A stretch of 23,542 bases of DNA from a virus, in IMG/VR virus record IMGVR_UViG_2802429615_000001, positions 1-23,542 of that record; one strand, given 5' to 3'. Positions 1 through 7,376 of this stretch are shown here, one piece after another (position 1 is the first letter of the stretch; each line of letters starts with the position of its first letter). Made by a program: the position numbers and the translations under genes. The notes below the pieces were generated by a model. The model had not been told where the DNA came from. It saw nothing but the letters and a program-made list of their open reading frames with translations, and ran no database searches.

Positions 1-1
1 C

Positions 2-511
2 GCCGTAGTACCCCGCACCGCCGCCCTGACCATCTTGATCTGCCGCTGTGCCTCCGTCACCCCCTGTTCCGAGCGAGCCATCTTCGCCGTCATCGCCACC
101 TCCCAACCCACCTGACGACTGGCTGCCGCCACTACCGCCCGTTCCAGAGGCAGACCCACTCGTCCCGTCCTCGCCAGTATCAGGGCCACCAGCACCGCCC
201 GTCGCAGTCCCAGTCTGAGAGCCCTCTCCACCGCCACCGCCGCCGGCGCCGACGGCGATTCGGTCGGAGAGCGTCGTCCCGCCGCGGCGGATGTCGATCG
301 CGTTACCGCCGTCCGCGTTCCCAACTCCCCCTGCCGTCTCACGGATGCGGAGTAGCGTCCCGGGCGTGAGCGAGATGGTACCCACGACACGGCCGCCGTC
401 GCCGGCGTACGATCCGCCCTGACCCTGCTCGCCTTCAAGCGTGACCGTCGCCTCGAAGACACCGTCCGGCGCGGTCCAATCGTCGCCCGCGGTTAAGGTT
501 TCAGTCGGCAT
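2..511 (-). CDS. Glycine-rich tail/adhesin-like protein (ALK/LTK-like polyglycine domain), 3'-truncated by the window edge
   Basis: Not in the ORF track (no stop in window). My translation from ATG at 511, directly after the TAG of the upstream gene: MPTETLTAGDDWTAPDGVFEATVTLEGEQGQGGSYAGDGGRVVGTISLTPG...GAGGGGGG...GGGAGYYG. The W-x-x-P-x-GV start and GGGAGYYG match the glycine-rich domain seen in phage tail proteins. Confidence 0.75.
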   Translation of the reverse strand, partial: MPTETLTAGDDWTAPDGVFEATVTLEGEQGQGGSYAGDGGRVVGTISLTPGTLLRIRETAGGVGNADGGNAIDIRRGGTTLSDRIAVGAGGGGGGEGSQTGTATGGAGGPDTGEDGTSGSASGTGGSGGSQSSGGLGGGDDGEDGSLGTGGDGGTAADQDGQGGGAGYYG

Positions 512-1705
512 CTACCGACGCACCTCCTCACGCGCCACGAGTCCCTGCTCAACGCCGGTGTCGACGACGCTCGTCGACGCGATCGGGTCGAGCAGCGCCT
601 CTAGGTCGGTGGGGATCTCCGCGGTCACCCTCTCGGGGATCCACACCTCCAGCGACTCACGCCCGCGCTCGAGCTCGACATCGACGGCGAAGACGTCGCC
701 CGCGTTCGTCCCGGCGACGGCCTCGAACTCGACCTGTGCGGCGACACGTGCCTGCCCGATGTGAGTCAGGTCGACGTCGGCCGGCTGCCAGTCCGTGTCG
801 AGGTCGCCGTCGGCGTAGGAGGGGAGCGAGACCGTGGACCAGCTGTCGGCGCCGGCGTCGTACGTCTCGGCCTCGAGGGCGGCCGTGGCGTCGGCGTTGG
901 TCGGCTCGTCGATCGTCACCCGCAACAGCCCGTTCTCGATGACGACGGCGCCGGCGAAGTCGTGGTCGCGAGCGTACACGCCCTGCCACTGCCGCACCCG
1001 TCCGTCTGAGCCCTCGATGTACTGACCGTCGCGGCCGAGGGTGTCGTACACCCGGACGTCGACCGGCGCCTCTTCGTCGTAGGCGACCCGGTAGATGTAG
1101 ATCGGGGTGTCGATCGCCTCGGCGTTTACATCGTACACATCGATAGAGCCGTGTGGTGTGTCGACCGTGTCGATCGGTGCCGTCGACGCACGCTGCGTAG
1201 GCTGCGACAGCGTGTCAACCACGCGGACTGCGGTGGCTGCCGTCGGGATACCGACCAGGGCGTCGGTGTCATTCCCGAACTCGTGTCCGGGGCTGGGCTG
1301 TGTTACCTCAGTCTCGACCGCTCGGAGGTGAGACTTTCTGGTGCCCTTTTTCGTCAGCGTAAGATCCCACTCGTACACGCGCTTGCCGACGGCGTGCGGT
1401 GGGCCGACGTCGGCGCTTTCGACCTCGTAGTAGCCACTATCGAGATCGGAGGCGCCACCGGTTCCGAACAGCGGGAGCGCACCCATCGACGCGTCGGCGA
1501 GCTCTTCAAGCTCTCCGGCGAGCAGCGGCGCCCAGTCGCCGGCGGCGTAACTCCCGGTAAGTGAGAGGTCGGCTGCCTCCGAGGAGATTGCCTCGACGAG
1601 GGCGTCGCCATCAAGAACACCCTGCTCGGAAAGTACGGTGCCGAGTTCGTCGCGGTTCTGGTCCGTCGTTGCCTCTGGAAGAGGCTGCTTGTACAGCGTA
1701 AGCAT
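512..1705 (-). CDS. Putative distal tail / tail-tip protein (397 aa)
   Basis: Acidic, beta-rich ORF downstream of the TMP-like gene, tightly packed with its neighbours. Function from position only. Confidence 0.6.
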   Translation of the reverse strand: MLTLYKQPLPEATTDQNRDELGTVLSEQGVLDGDALVEAISSEAADLSLTGSYAAGDWAPLLAGELEELADASMGALPLFGTGGASDLDSGYYEVESADVGPPHAVGKRVYEWDLTLTKKGTRKSHLRAVETEVTQPSPGHEFGNDTDALVGIPTAATAVRVVDTLSQPTQRASTAPIDTVDTPHGSIDVYDVNAEAIDTPIYIYRVAYDEEAPVDVRVYDTLGRDGQYIEGSDGRVRQWQGVYARDHDFAGAVVIENGLLRVTIDEPTNADATAALEAETYDAGADSWSTVSLPSYADGDLDTDWQPADVDLTHIGQARVAAQVEFEAVAGTNAGDVFAVDVELERGRESLEVWIPERVTAEIPTDLEALLDPIASTSVVDTGVEQGLVAREEVRR

Positions 1706-1707
1706 CG

Positions 1708-2388
1708 TCAGTAGTCGGGGACGAGGTCTCCCAGGGCGTCGATGATGTCGTCGATCGCGTCGTCGAGCTTGGGGAGCTTGCTCGTCCGGATGAGCGTGAT
1801 CGACACCTCTGCCCGGGCGGGCTCGTCACCCGCCTTCTGGAGGCGCGCGTCTTGGACGACGACAGGGACCGGTCGGCCGAACACGCCAGCTGAGTCGGCG
1901 TGAGTCCCGTCCGACCACTCGCCGCGGTAGAGGCGGGCGGGCGTCGTCGAGTCGATGCGGTTCTGCTTGAGCCATCCCCCGAGGATGTCCCGCTTCGTCA
2001 CCGTCGCACAGCCCGTCGCGTCGAGCACGCTGGCGTCAGCAGGATCGTTCGGGTCGGTCGAGCCGTCACCCCACTGCTCGTCAGGATCGTCGACGCCGGT
2101 CTTCCCGGTGATCGTCCACATGTCCTCTCCAGCGGTGCCGTCGAGGTGGTAGCCGGCGCGTCGGTCGGCGTTCTCGGAGACATCGATGACGTCGCCGAGT
2201 TCGTCGGAGAGTCCGCCGACCTGTCGGTAGAGCTCGCTCAGGTACTGGCCGCGGTTGCCCGCGATGTGTTTGTGTTCGAGCTCCTCGGTGTCTTCGAGAT
2301 CTTCGCGGAGTACGAAGACGCCAGTGGCGCCGGCGTACGGGCCGTTATTGCCGTCGATCTCAAGGACTGTGCGGTCGCTTAGGGTCAT
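1708..2388 (-). CDS. Putative distal tail (Dit-position) protein (226 aa)
   Basis: First minus-strand gene after the TMP-like gene; acidic composition. Function from synteny only. Confidence 0.55.
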   Translation of the reverse strand: MTLSDRTVLEIDGNNGPYAGATGVFVLREDLEDTEELEHKHIAGNRGQYLSELYRQVGGLSDELGDVIDVSENADRRAGYHLDGTAGEDMWTITGKTGVDDPDEQWGDGSTDPNDPADASVLDATGCATVTKRDILGGWLKQNRIDSTTPARLYRGEWSDGTHADSAGVFGRPVPVVVQDARLQKAGDEPARAEVSITLIRTSKLPKLDDAIDDIIDALGDLVPDY

Positions 2389-2395
2389 GTGTTGG

Positions 2396-2410
2396 GGGAA
2401 GCATTATGCG
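2396..2410 (+). promoter_or_regulatory. Possible BRE/TATA-like element for a leaderless rhomboid transcript
   Basis: GGGAAGCATTATG lies about 25-30 nt upstream of ATG 2433, the spacing expected for haloarchaeal leaderless mRNAs. Weak match to consensus. Confidence 0.35.
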
Positions 2411-2432
2411 GGTGTGGTCGGAAATCCGATAC

Positions 2433-3068
2433 ATGAGCGTTGACCTGGATCTTGAACAGCCTGAGAAAACGGAGGAGGCTGGGTCCGGGGCTTCGACGAT
2501 CGTTACGCGGCTGCTCGCTGGGCCAGGAGTGTCGCTCCTCCTGATGGCGATCGTCAGCCTCGCGACATGGACGGGAATTCAGGCCAACAACGCTGATCCG
2601 TTCATCCTTCAATCCCCGTTGACCGAGGACTGGTGGCAGCTGCCTCTGTCGGTATTTGCGCACAGCGGGATGCCGCACCTGTCCGCGAACGCGACGATGA
2701 TCGCGATCTTTGGATCGGTGGCTGCGATCTCGGCGAGTGTACTCCGGTATCACATCTTTTTCATCGTGTCTGGGATGCTCGCCGGAGCCGCACACGTTCT
2801 CGCAACTGCTGCGCTCGGCACCCCCAGTGGTGGCCTCGGTGCGAGTGGCACCGCGATGGCTCTCATGGCGTACGTACTCGTCTCGAACGACGTCTCCTCT
2901 TTTGTGTTCGACCGCGTCTCTCGGACCGTTACAATCGGGCTGGTGCTTGCGCTCGCAGTTGGCCTCTCGTTGACATCGGCGGGCGTCCAGGTCGGGAATG
3001 TCGCCCACCTGTCTGGTGCGCTTATCGGTGGGTTCGCCGGGTACTTCCACATCCTCCGGCCTCGATAG
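2433..3068 (+). CDS. Rhomboid-family intramembrane serine protease (about 211 aa; alternative start 2406)
   Basis: About 6 hydrophobic segments, HSGMPHLSAN (HxxxxHxxxN), GASG catalytic Ser (codon 2844-2846) and AHLSG catalytic His (codon 3006-3008). Opposite strand to the operon, with more A/T-ending codons. Confidence 0.9.
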   Translation: MSVDLDLEQPEKTEEAGSGASTIVTRLLAGPGVSLLLMAIVSLATWTGIQANNADPFILQSPLTEDWWQLPLSVFAHSGMPHLSANATMIAIFGSVAAISASVLRYHIFFIVSGMLAGAAHVLATAALGTPSGGLGASGTAMALMAYVLVSNDVSSFVFDRVSRTVTIGLVLALAVGLSLTSAGVQVGNVAHLSGALIGGFAGYFHILRPR

Positions 3069-3070
3069 CA

Positions 3071-4216
3071 TCAACGGATACCGTCTCGGAGTGATTCGAA
3101 CTCGTCGCGAAGCTTGTCGAGCTCATCTTCGAGATCGTCGATGTCCTGCTCGACGCCACGCTCGATCGCGTTGATGACATCCTTCTTGAGTCGGTCCAGT
3201 TGGCGAGGGTCGACGTCGACATCGTACGTCGACGAGAGCGTGATATCGACGTTTGGAGGTCCAGATCCCGTACCGGATGAGTTGCTCTGAGTCCCGGTCG
3301 GGTCGCCCGGATCGCGACCGAGCGTGAGGCCGTCGTCGCCCCCGGCCTGAATGCCACCAGGGCCGATAGTAATCCCGTTCTCGCCGCCGAACTGGATGCC
3401 ACCCGTGCCGCCTGAACCGCTGCCTGAGGATCCTCCACTATCGCCGCCCCGGCCACGCGTGTCGACGGTGACCGTGATCGGGCCGACGTCCTCGACTGAC
3501 AGCGGAGATGGGTCCTCGACCGACAGCGGCGACGGGTCCTCAACCGCGAGGGGTCCTACGTCCTCAACCGGAAGCGGCGACGGGTCCTCGACAGGGACCG
3601 TGTCAGGCGTGTTGAGGCTTGGAAGATCGGGCAGTGGTAGTGTCGGAAGGTCTGGAATTCGGAACTTCGGCCCGGTTAAAGGATCGAACCCTCCGTCTGG
3701 ACCTTCAACTTGTATCGGGATCCACCCGGGACGCTCAACCGAGAGCGTGTCAGGTTCAACACCGACTGTCGACCCACTGATCTCGTTCGCGATGATCGAT
3801 CCGGCGGCGTTCCCGATCGCACTTCCGGCCGCCTCTGTCGCCAGTCCCGTCGCAGCGTCGGCAGCCGTCCCCGCAGCCTCACTGGCGAGGTCACCACCGA
3901 CGCCGAAGACCTCGGCGAGCATCCCGCCGCCTCCACCCCCTCCGGTCATCTCGAGGCCGCGGATGGCTTCGAGGATGTCCTCGATGTTGCTGTTGTTCTG
4001 GCGAGCCCACCTGAACTCGCGACGTCGACGGCGCCGCTCGCGACTCGACCGCCCACCGTCCGACCGCATCTCAGGAGGACGTCCGCTGCCGGCACCAGCG
4101 CTGACGCCGACCGAAACATCGCTGAGTCTGTCCTCGACGTCGGCACGTAGCTGCCGGAGGGCACGCTCCTCGGCCACCATTTCGACGGCGGCACTTGTCG
4201 AGAAGTCCTCACTCAC
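3071..4216 (-). CDS. Tape-measure-like protein, unusually short (381 aa)
   Basis: Follows the tail chaperone pair (GTGA overlap). Ala/Gly-rich helical stretch, Pro-rich repeat region and a coiled-coil C-terminus (IDDLEDELDKLRDEFESL). Confidence 0.6.
   Translation of the reverse strand: MSEDFSTSAAVEMVAEERALRQLRADVEDRLSDVSVGVSAGAGSGRPPEMRSDGGRSSRERRRRRREFRWARQNNSNIEDILEAIRGLEMTGGGGGGGMLAEVFGVGGDLASEAAGTAADAATGLATEAAGSAIGNAAGSIIANEISGSTVGVEPDTLSVERPGWIPIQVEGPDGGFDPLTGPKFRIPDLPTLPLPDLPSLNTPDTVPVEDPSPLPVEDVGPLAVEDPSPLSVEDPSPLSVEDVGPITVTVDTRGRGGDSGGSSGSGSGGTGGIQFGGENGITIGPGGIQAGGDDGLTLGRDPGDPTGTQSNSSGTGSGPPNVDITLSSTYDVDVDPRQLDRLKKDVINAIERGVEQDIDDLEDELDKLRDEFESLRDGIR
3473..3592 (-). repeat. Five tandem 24-bp (8-aa) repeats in the TMP-like gene
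   Basis: VEDPSPLP-VEDVGPLA-VEDPSPLS-VEDPSPLS-VEDVGPIT. Confidence 0.9.
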
Positions 4217-4422
4217 AGGAGGTCACCCAGATTCGTGTCGGCGTCGTCGACGATCGCGAGTAACTCCAAGTCGCGGAGCGGGTACTCGCGTACCTCGCGC
4301 GGGTCGTGGCCAGCAGCCATCGCGACGCCGACGAGGTAGTCACGCATCACGTCTCCGTCGACGTCTCCGCTCGCTTCGCCGCGAGCGAGGTCGCGTAACT
4401 CCCGTCGCCGTTCAGGTTTCCC
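4213..4422 (-). CDS. Tail assembly chaperone C-terminal extension (gpT-like), -1 frame; alternatively a 44-aa ORF from ATG 4347
   Basis: The -1 frame is open from the GGGAAAC heptamer to TGA 4213 and encodes ...MRDYLVGVAMAAGHDPREVREYPLRDLELL..., positioned like lambda gpT. Confidence 0.7.
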   Translation of the reverse strand, partial: GKPERRRELRDLARGEASGDVDGDVMRDYLVGVAMAAGHDPREVREYPLRDLELLAIVDDADTNLGDLL

Positions 4423-4883
4423 ACGGTGCTCACCTCGTCCGTACGGTCCTGAACCCAGCGCCCCACAGCGATCGGTACCGCTGGCGAATCGACTGTTGCG
4501 ACCGTGTCTTCGACCGCGTCTATCGACACATCCGGATACGCGTGCCCGTCGTGCTCGAGGTACGGAGCCTCGACAGTGCCGATCGCGATCTGCCAGAGCC
4601 GACGTTCTGGTCCCGAACCGGCGTGCTCGTCGAGACGCGCGTCGTCGCCGAAGGAGAGTGCCCGGATGACGATCGAGTCCGTGTCCCAGTTCTCGCGAGC
4701 CCACTCAACGGCCCGCCGGTGAACGTCGAGTCGCGACGCCCGGTCGTCGAGCGTCTCGTACAGATCGGTCTCCGGATCCATCTCGGCGAGCTGGTCAGTC
4801 AGGTCACCGATCTCCGAGACGATGCGCTCGTGTTCGGTGTCGAGGTCGATGCGCTCGGAACCGGCCGGAAGGTCTTCGCCCAC
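4347..4883 (-). CDS. Tail assembly chaperone (gpG-like, about 178 aa from GTG 4883)
   Basis: Lies between tail tube and TMP genes; acidic with a short coiled-coil; slippery site near its 3' end. Confidence 0.7.
   Translation of the reverse strand: MGEDLPAGSERIDLDTEHERIVSEIGDLTDQLAEMDPETDLYETLDDRASRLDVHRRAVEWARENWDTDSIVIRALSFGDDARLDEHAGSGPERRLWQIAIGTVEAPYLEHDGHAYPDVSIDAVEDTVATVDSPAVPIAVGRWVQDRTDEVSTVGNLNGDGSYATSLAAKRAETSTET
4416..4422 (-). other. -1 programmed frameshift heptamer G GGA AAC
   Basis: X XXY YYZ pattern in the correct phase of the chaperone ORF (GTG GGA AAC = V-G-N). Confidence 0.75.
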
Positions 4884-4884
4884 G

Positions 4885-5784
4885 CTAGACCACCTCAACG
4901 TCTGCAACGTGGTAATCGATCGGCTCGGTCAGGTTGGTATCGGCGGTGATGAGATCAGCCCAGTTGTAGGTGTTCGGCTGGAGTCCCGACAGAGCGTACT
5001 CGATCGAGTCGCCTTGGCCGTTCTCGAACGAGAGCGAGCCGTCGACCGCGCCGACGATCTCGATGTTGCCGCCTGATGTACTGCCGTACGAGAGCGTGTT
5101 CTGGTCTTTCTCTGTATAGATGGCGTCAGTTGACAGAGATGGCTCAATGGCTCCAGTGACTGCGTCGTACGGTTTCCGGTCCTGACCACGGCGCAGGCTG
5201 GCGAGGTTCGACAGCGACAGCGACGCCGACTGGAGCAGCGCCTGCGCGGTCCCGTCGACGGTGAGGCCTGTCCCGTGGTAGGTGTAGATGTCGTCGACGC
5301 TCGGCTTTTGAATCGTGCCCGGCGCCGTGATGTCGTCCGGCTCGTCGCCGTACAGCATCGTCAGCTCGACACGGATGTTCTCGCCGCGGTTGTACTCGAT
5401 CGTCGCGTCGATCACGACCGTGCCGACCGGCGTCCGTGCGTCGGTCGAACCGTCCGGGAGGTCGACACCGAAGTACCACGTCGCCGACGGGACAGACATG
5501 AACGAGTTTGGCAGCGCTGTCCCGCCGTCTGCGAAGACGAGCTCATGGAAGTTGTCGTCGGTCAGGTCGAACCCGACGCCGACAGCACCCTCCCACTCGC
5601 CCTCACGAGAGCCGGCAGGCGTCGGGTCGTCTGGGTGCCGCGCCCGCTGGAGTGCCTGCTCGATCGATAGGTCTGTGAGGGAGACGTTCAGTCCTACCTG
5701 AGTCCACGCCGGATCCGCGGCCGGGCCGTCACCGTAACTGGGTTCGACCGTGTACGCGGCCGTTGCCGCGCCGGCGCCGGTCAT
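4885..5784 (-). CDS. Major tail tube protein (299 aa)
   Basis: Size, T/S/G/D-rich beta composition, strong RBS and position between tail terminator and chaperone. Confidence 0.75.
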   Translation of the reverse strand: MTGAGAATAAYTVEPSYGDGPAADPAWTQVGLNVSLTDLSIEQALQRARHPDDPTPAGSREGEWEGAVGVGFDLTDDNFHELVFADGGTALPNSFMSVPSATWYFGVDLPDGSTDARTPVGTVVIDATIEYNRGENIRVELTMLYGDEPDDITAPGTIQKPSVDDIYTYHGTGLTVDGTAQALLQSASLSLSNLASLRRGQDRKPYDAVTGAIEPSLSTDAIYTEKDQNTLSYGSTSGGNIEIVGAVDGSLSFENGQGDSIEYALSGLQPNTYNWADLITADTNLTEPIDYHVADVEVV

Positions 5785-5790
5785 AGCTGT

Positions 5791-5797
5791 TCACCTC
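5791..5797 (-). promoter_or_regulatory. RBS GAGGTGA for the tail tube gene
   Basis: Complementary to the archaeal 16S 3' end, 6 nt upstream of ATG 5784. Confidence 0.7.
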
Positions 5798-5836
5798 GGT
5801 TCTGAATATGAATGTGTGTCATGGTCTGAAGGCTGC

Positions 5837-6385
5837 TTACGGCAGTGACTCGTAGCCGCGGAAGGCGAAGTCGCCCTGCCAACGGTAGAAGTCGCTCCAC
5901 TCGTCGGACTGTGGGTCGTCGCTCGTCTGGATGAGGTCGCGATACCCCACGTTCGGGACGCCCGGATCGGGGTAGCCCCGGCCGGCCAGCACCGCCCGCC
6001 GGATCCGGCGAACGACGACGTCGAACGGTGCGCCGTCCTCACCGTCGGGGTCAACATGACCGAAGTTACCCCCACGTGTGGTCATGCCCTCGACGGTGAG
6101 ACCGACGACCGCTTCCGTCTGGTTGTGATACCCGGTCCCGACCGGATCGAACGCACGGTCCGCGAGCGTCGCGCCGACGTAGATCCCGCGCTTGAGGTCC
6201 TCCTTGCGCGAGTGTATCGGCTCGCTCATGTCGAGGTCCGCACTCCCGTCGTACGTCCCCGAGTCGTCGCGGTCGATCCGCTTGAGCACGACTGGGTCAT
6301 CGTTGCGGAGCGAGTAGTCCGCCTCGACCGACTCGACGACATCGCCGAGCTGGTTGAGAACCCACTCGACCTCAGCGTATGTCAT
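5837..6385 (-). CDS. Putative tail terminator/completion protein (182 aa)
   Basis: Immediately upstream of the tail tube gene; ATGA overlap with the gp10-like gene. Confidence 0.55.
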   Translation of the reverse strand: MTYAEVEWVLNQLGDVVESVEADYSLRNDDPVVLKRIDRDDSGTYDGSADLDMSEPIHSRKEDLKRGIYVGATLADRAFDPVGTGYHNQTEAVVGLTVEGMTTRGGNFGHVDPDGEDGAPFDVVVRRIRRAVLAGRGYPDPGVPNVGYRDLIQTSDDPQSDEWSDFYRWQGDFAFRGYESLP

Positions 6386-6846
6386 GAGAGCCTCCGCCGG
6401 AAGCTGTTCAGAGAGTCTCTAAGGAACCGACCCTCCGGAAGCCCGGTGACCTCGACCTTCGGGAGAAACACCCGCCAGCCGTCGCCCTCGCGCTCGTACT
6501 GGTCGCGAACCCATTGAGGCGGGTCGTGCCGGCGTTCCCAGATAAACGAGAGGACGTCGGCTTGGTCGGCCTCAACAACGTGGTCCGCAGTGCCAGTCTC
6601 GAAGAGATACGCCGGGTCTGGCAACTCGACGACGATCCGAACGCTCCGGGATGTCCGTTCGACACGGTAGCGCGTCGCCTGGACGATCGCACGGACGTCG
6701 TAGTCGTGCCGGTTCCCGTAGGCGGCGACACGGTCCTTGATGTCTCCAGCAAGCCGGGGGGCGACTTTGCGCTCACACCGCCGCTCGATGACATCAAGGA
6801 GGCCCTCACGGGCTGCGTCCTCGAAGCCGCTGTCGAGCGTGGTCAT
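6382..6846 (-). CDS. HK97 gp10-like tail-completion protein (154 aa from ATG 6846)
   Basis: YLFETGTADHVV and LPEGRFLRDSL resemble the gp10-family (F/Y)EYGT and PRPFLRPA motifs. ATGA overlaps at both ends; the longer 220-aa track ORF start is probably spurious. Confidence 0.6.
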   Translation of the reverse strand: MTTLDSGFEDAAREGLLDVIERRCERKVAPRLAGDIKDRVAAYGNRHDYDVRAIVQATRYRVERTSRSVRIVVELPDPAYLFETGTADHVVEADQADVLSFIWERRHDPPQWVRDQYEREGDGWRVFLPKVEVTGLPEGRFLRDSLNSFRRRLS

Positions 6847-7100
6847 TGGCCCTCGCTGGAGCCGCCGCGGAGCTCCCGGAACGCCCGGACGTTCTCGGGG
6901 CCGATGACGTACACGACCGTGCCGCCCCACGCGAGGATGAGCGCGCTGAGCAACGCGGCGCCGACGTCGACGCCGACGGTGAGCGCCCAGGCCGGGAAGC
7001 CGAGCCCGTAGACGAGCACCCAGATGGTCGACAGCCAGCGCCACCGGTAGTCGGTCTCGGTGGTGACCGCGCCGTCGTCTGGCTCAGTAGAGTCTGTCAT
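6843..7100 (-). CDS. Small two-TM membrane protein (85 aa from ATG 7100), holin-like candidate
   Basis: Two hydrophobic segments (WLSTIWVLVYGLGFPAWALTV; GAALLSALILAWGGTVVYVIG), short basic C-terminus, GGAG upstream. Confidence 0.6.
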   Translation of the reverse strand: MTDSTEPDDGAVTTETDYRWRWLSTIWVLVYGLGFPAWALTVGVDVGAALLSALILAWGGTVVYVIGPENVRAFRELRGGSSEGQ

Positions 7101-7164
7101 GTCCAAGCACTCTCTCCCCGTGCGTCTGGCCAACTCTTTTCAGAATAGCAACCATACCAACAGT

Positions 7165-7335
7165 ATGGAAAACTACGTGAAGACCGTCGGCGGGCCGATT
7201 TTTGGCGCGCTGACCGTGATCGTGGTTCTCGACAAGCTTGCTTCTTTGAGTCCCGAGACTGCCCCATTTCTCCTCTTTGTAGCTGGCATCGCGGTGCTCG
7301 CGATGGGCTACCTTCTCCCCGACCCGGAATTCTGA
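7165..7335 (+). CDS. Small two-TM membrane protein (56 aa), opposite-strand insert
   Basis: MENYVKTVGGPIFGALTVIVVLDKLASLSPETAPFLLFVAGIAVLAMGYLLPDPEF fills an otherwise empty gap in a locally AT-richer segment. Confidence 0.6.
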   Translation: MENYVKTVGGPIFGALTVIVVLDKLASLSPETAPFLLFVAGIAVLAMGYLLPDPEF

Positions 7336-7376
7336 GACGATCAGATTGACCGTGCGGTCGGGGTCTTGTTTGGTCG

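Noticed and set aside
2389-3070. Rhomboid cassette as a transposon or IS insertion
   Set aside because: No terminal inverted repeats, target-site duplication or transposase are visible.
3473-3592. Repeat array as CRISPR
   Set aside because: The units are contiguous, in-frame and synonymously diverged, with no spacers and no cas genes.
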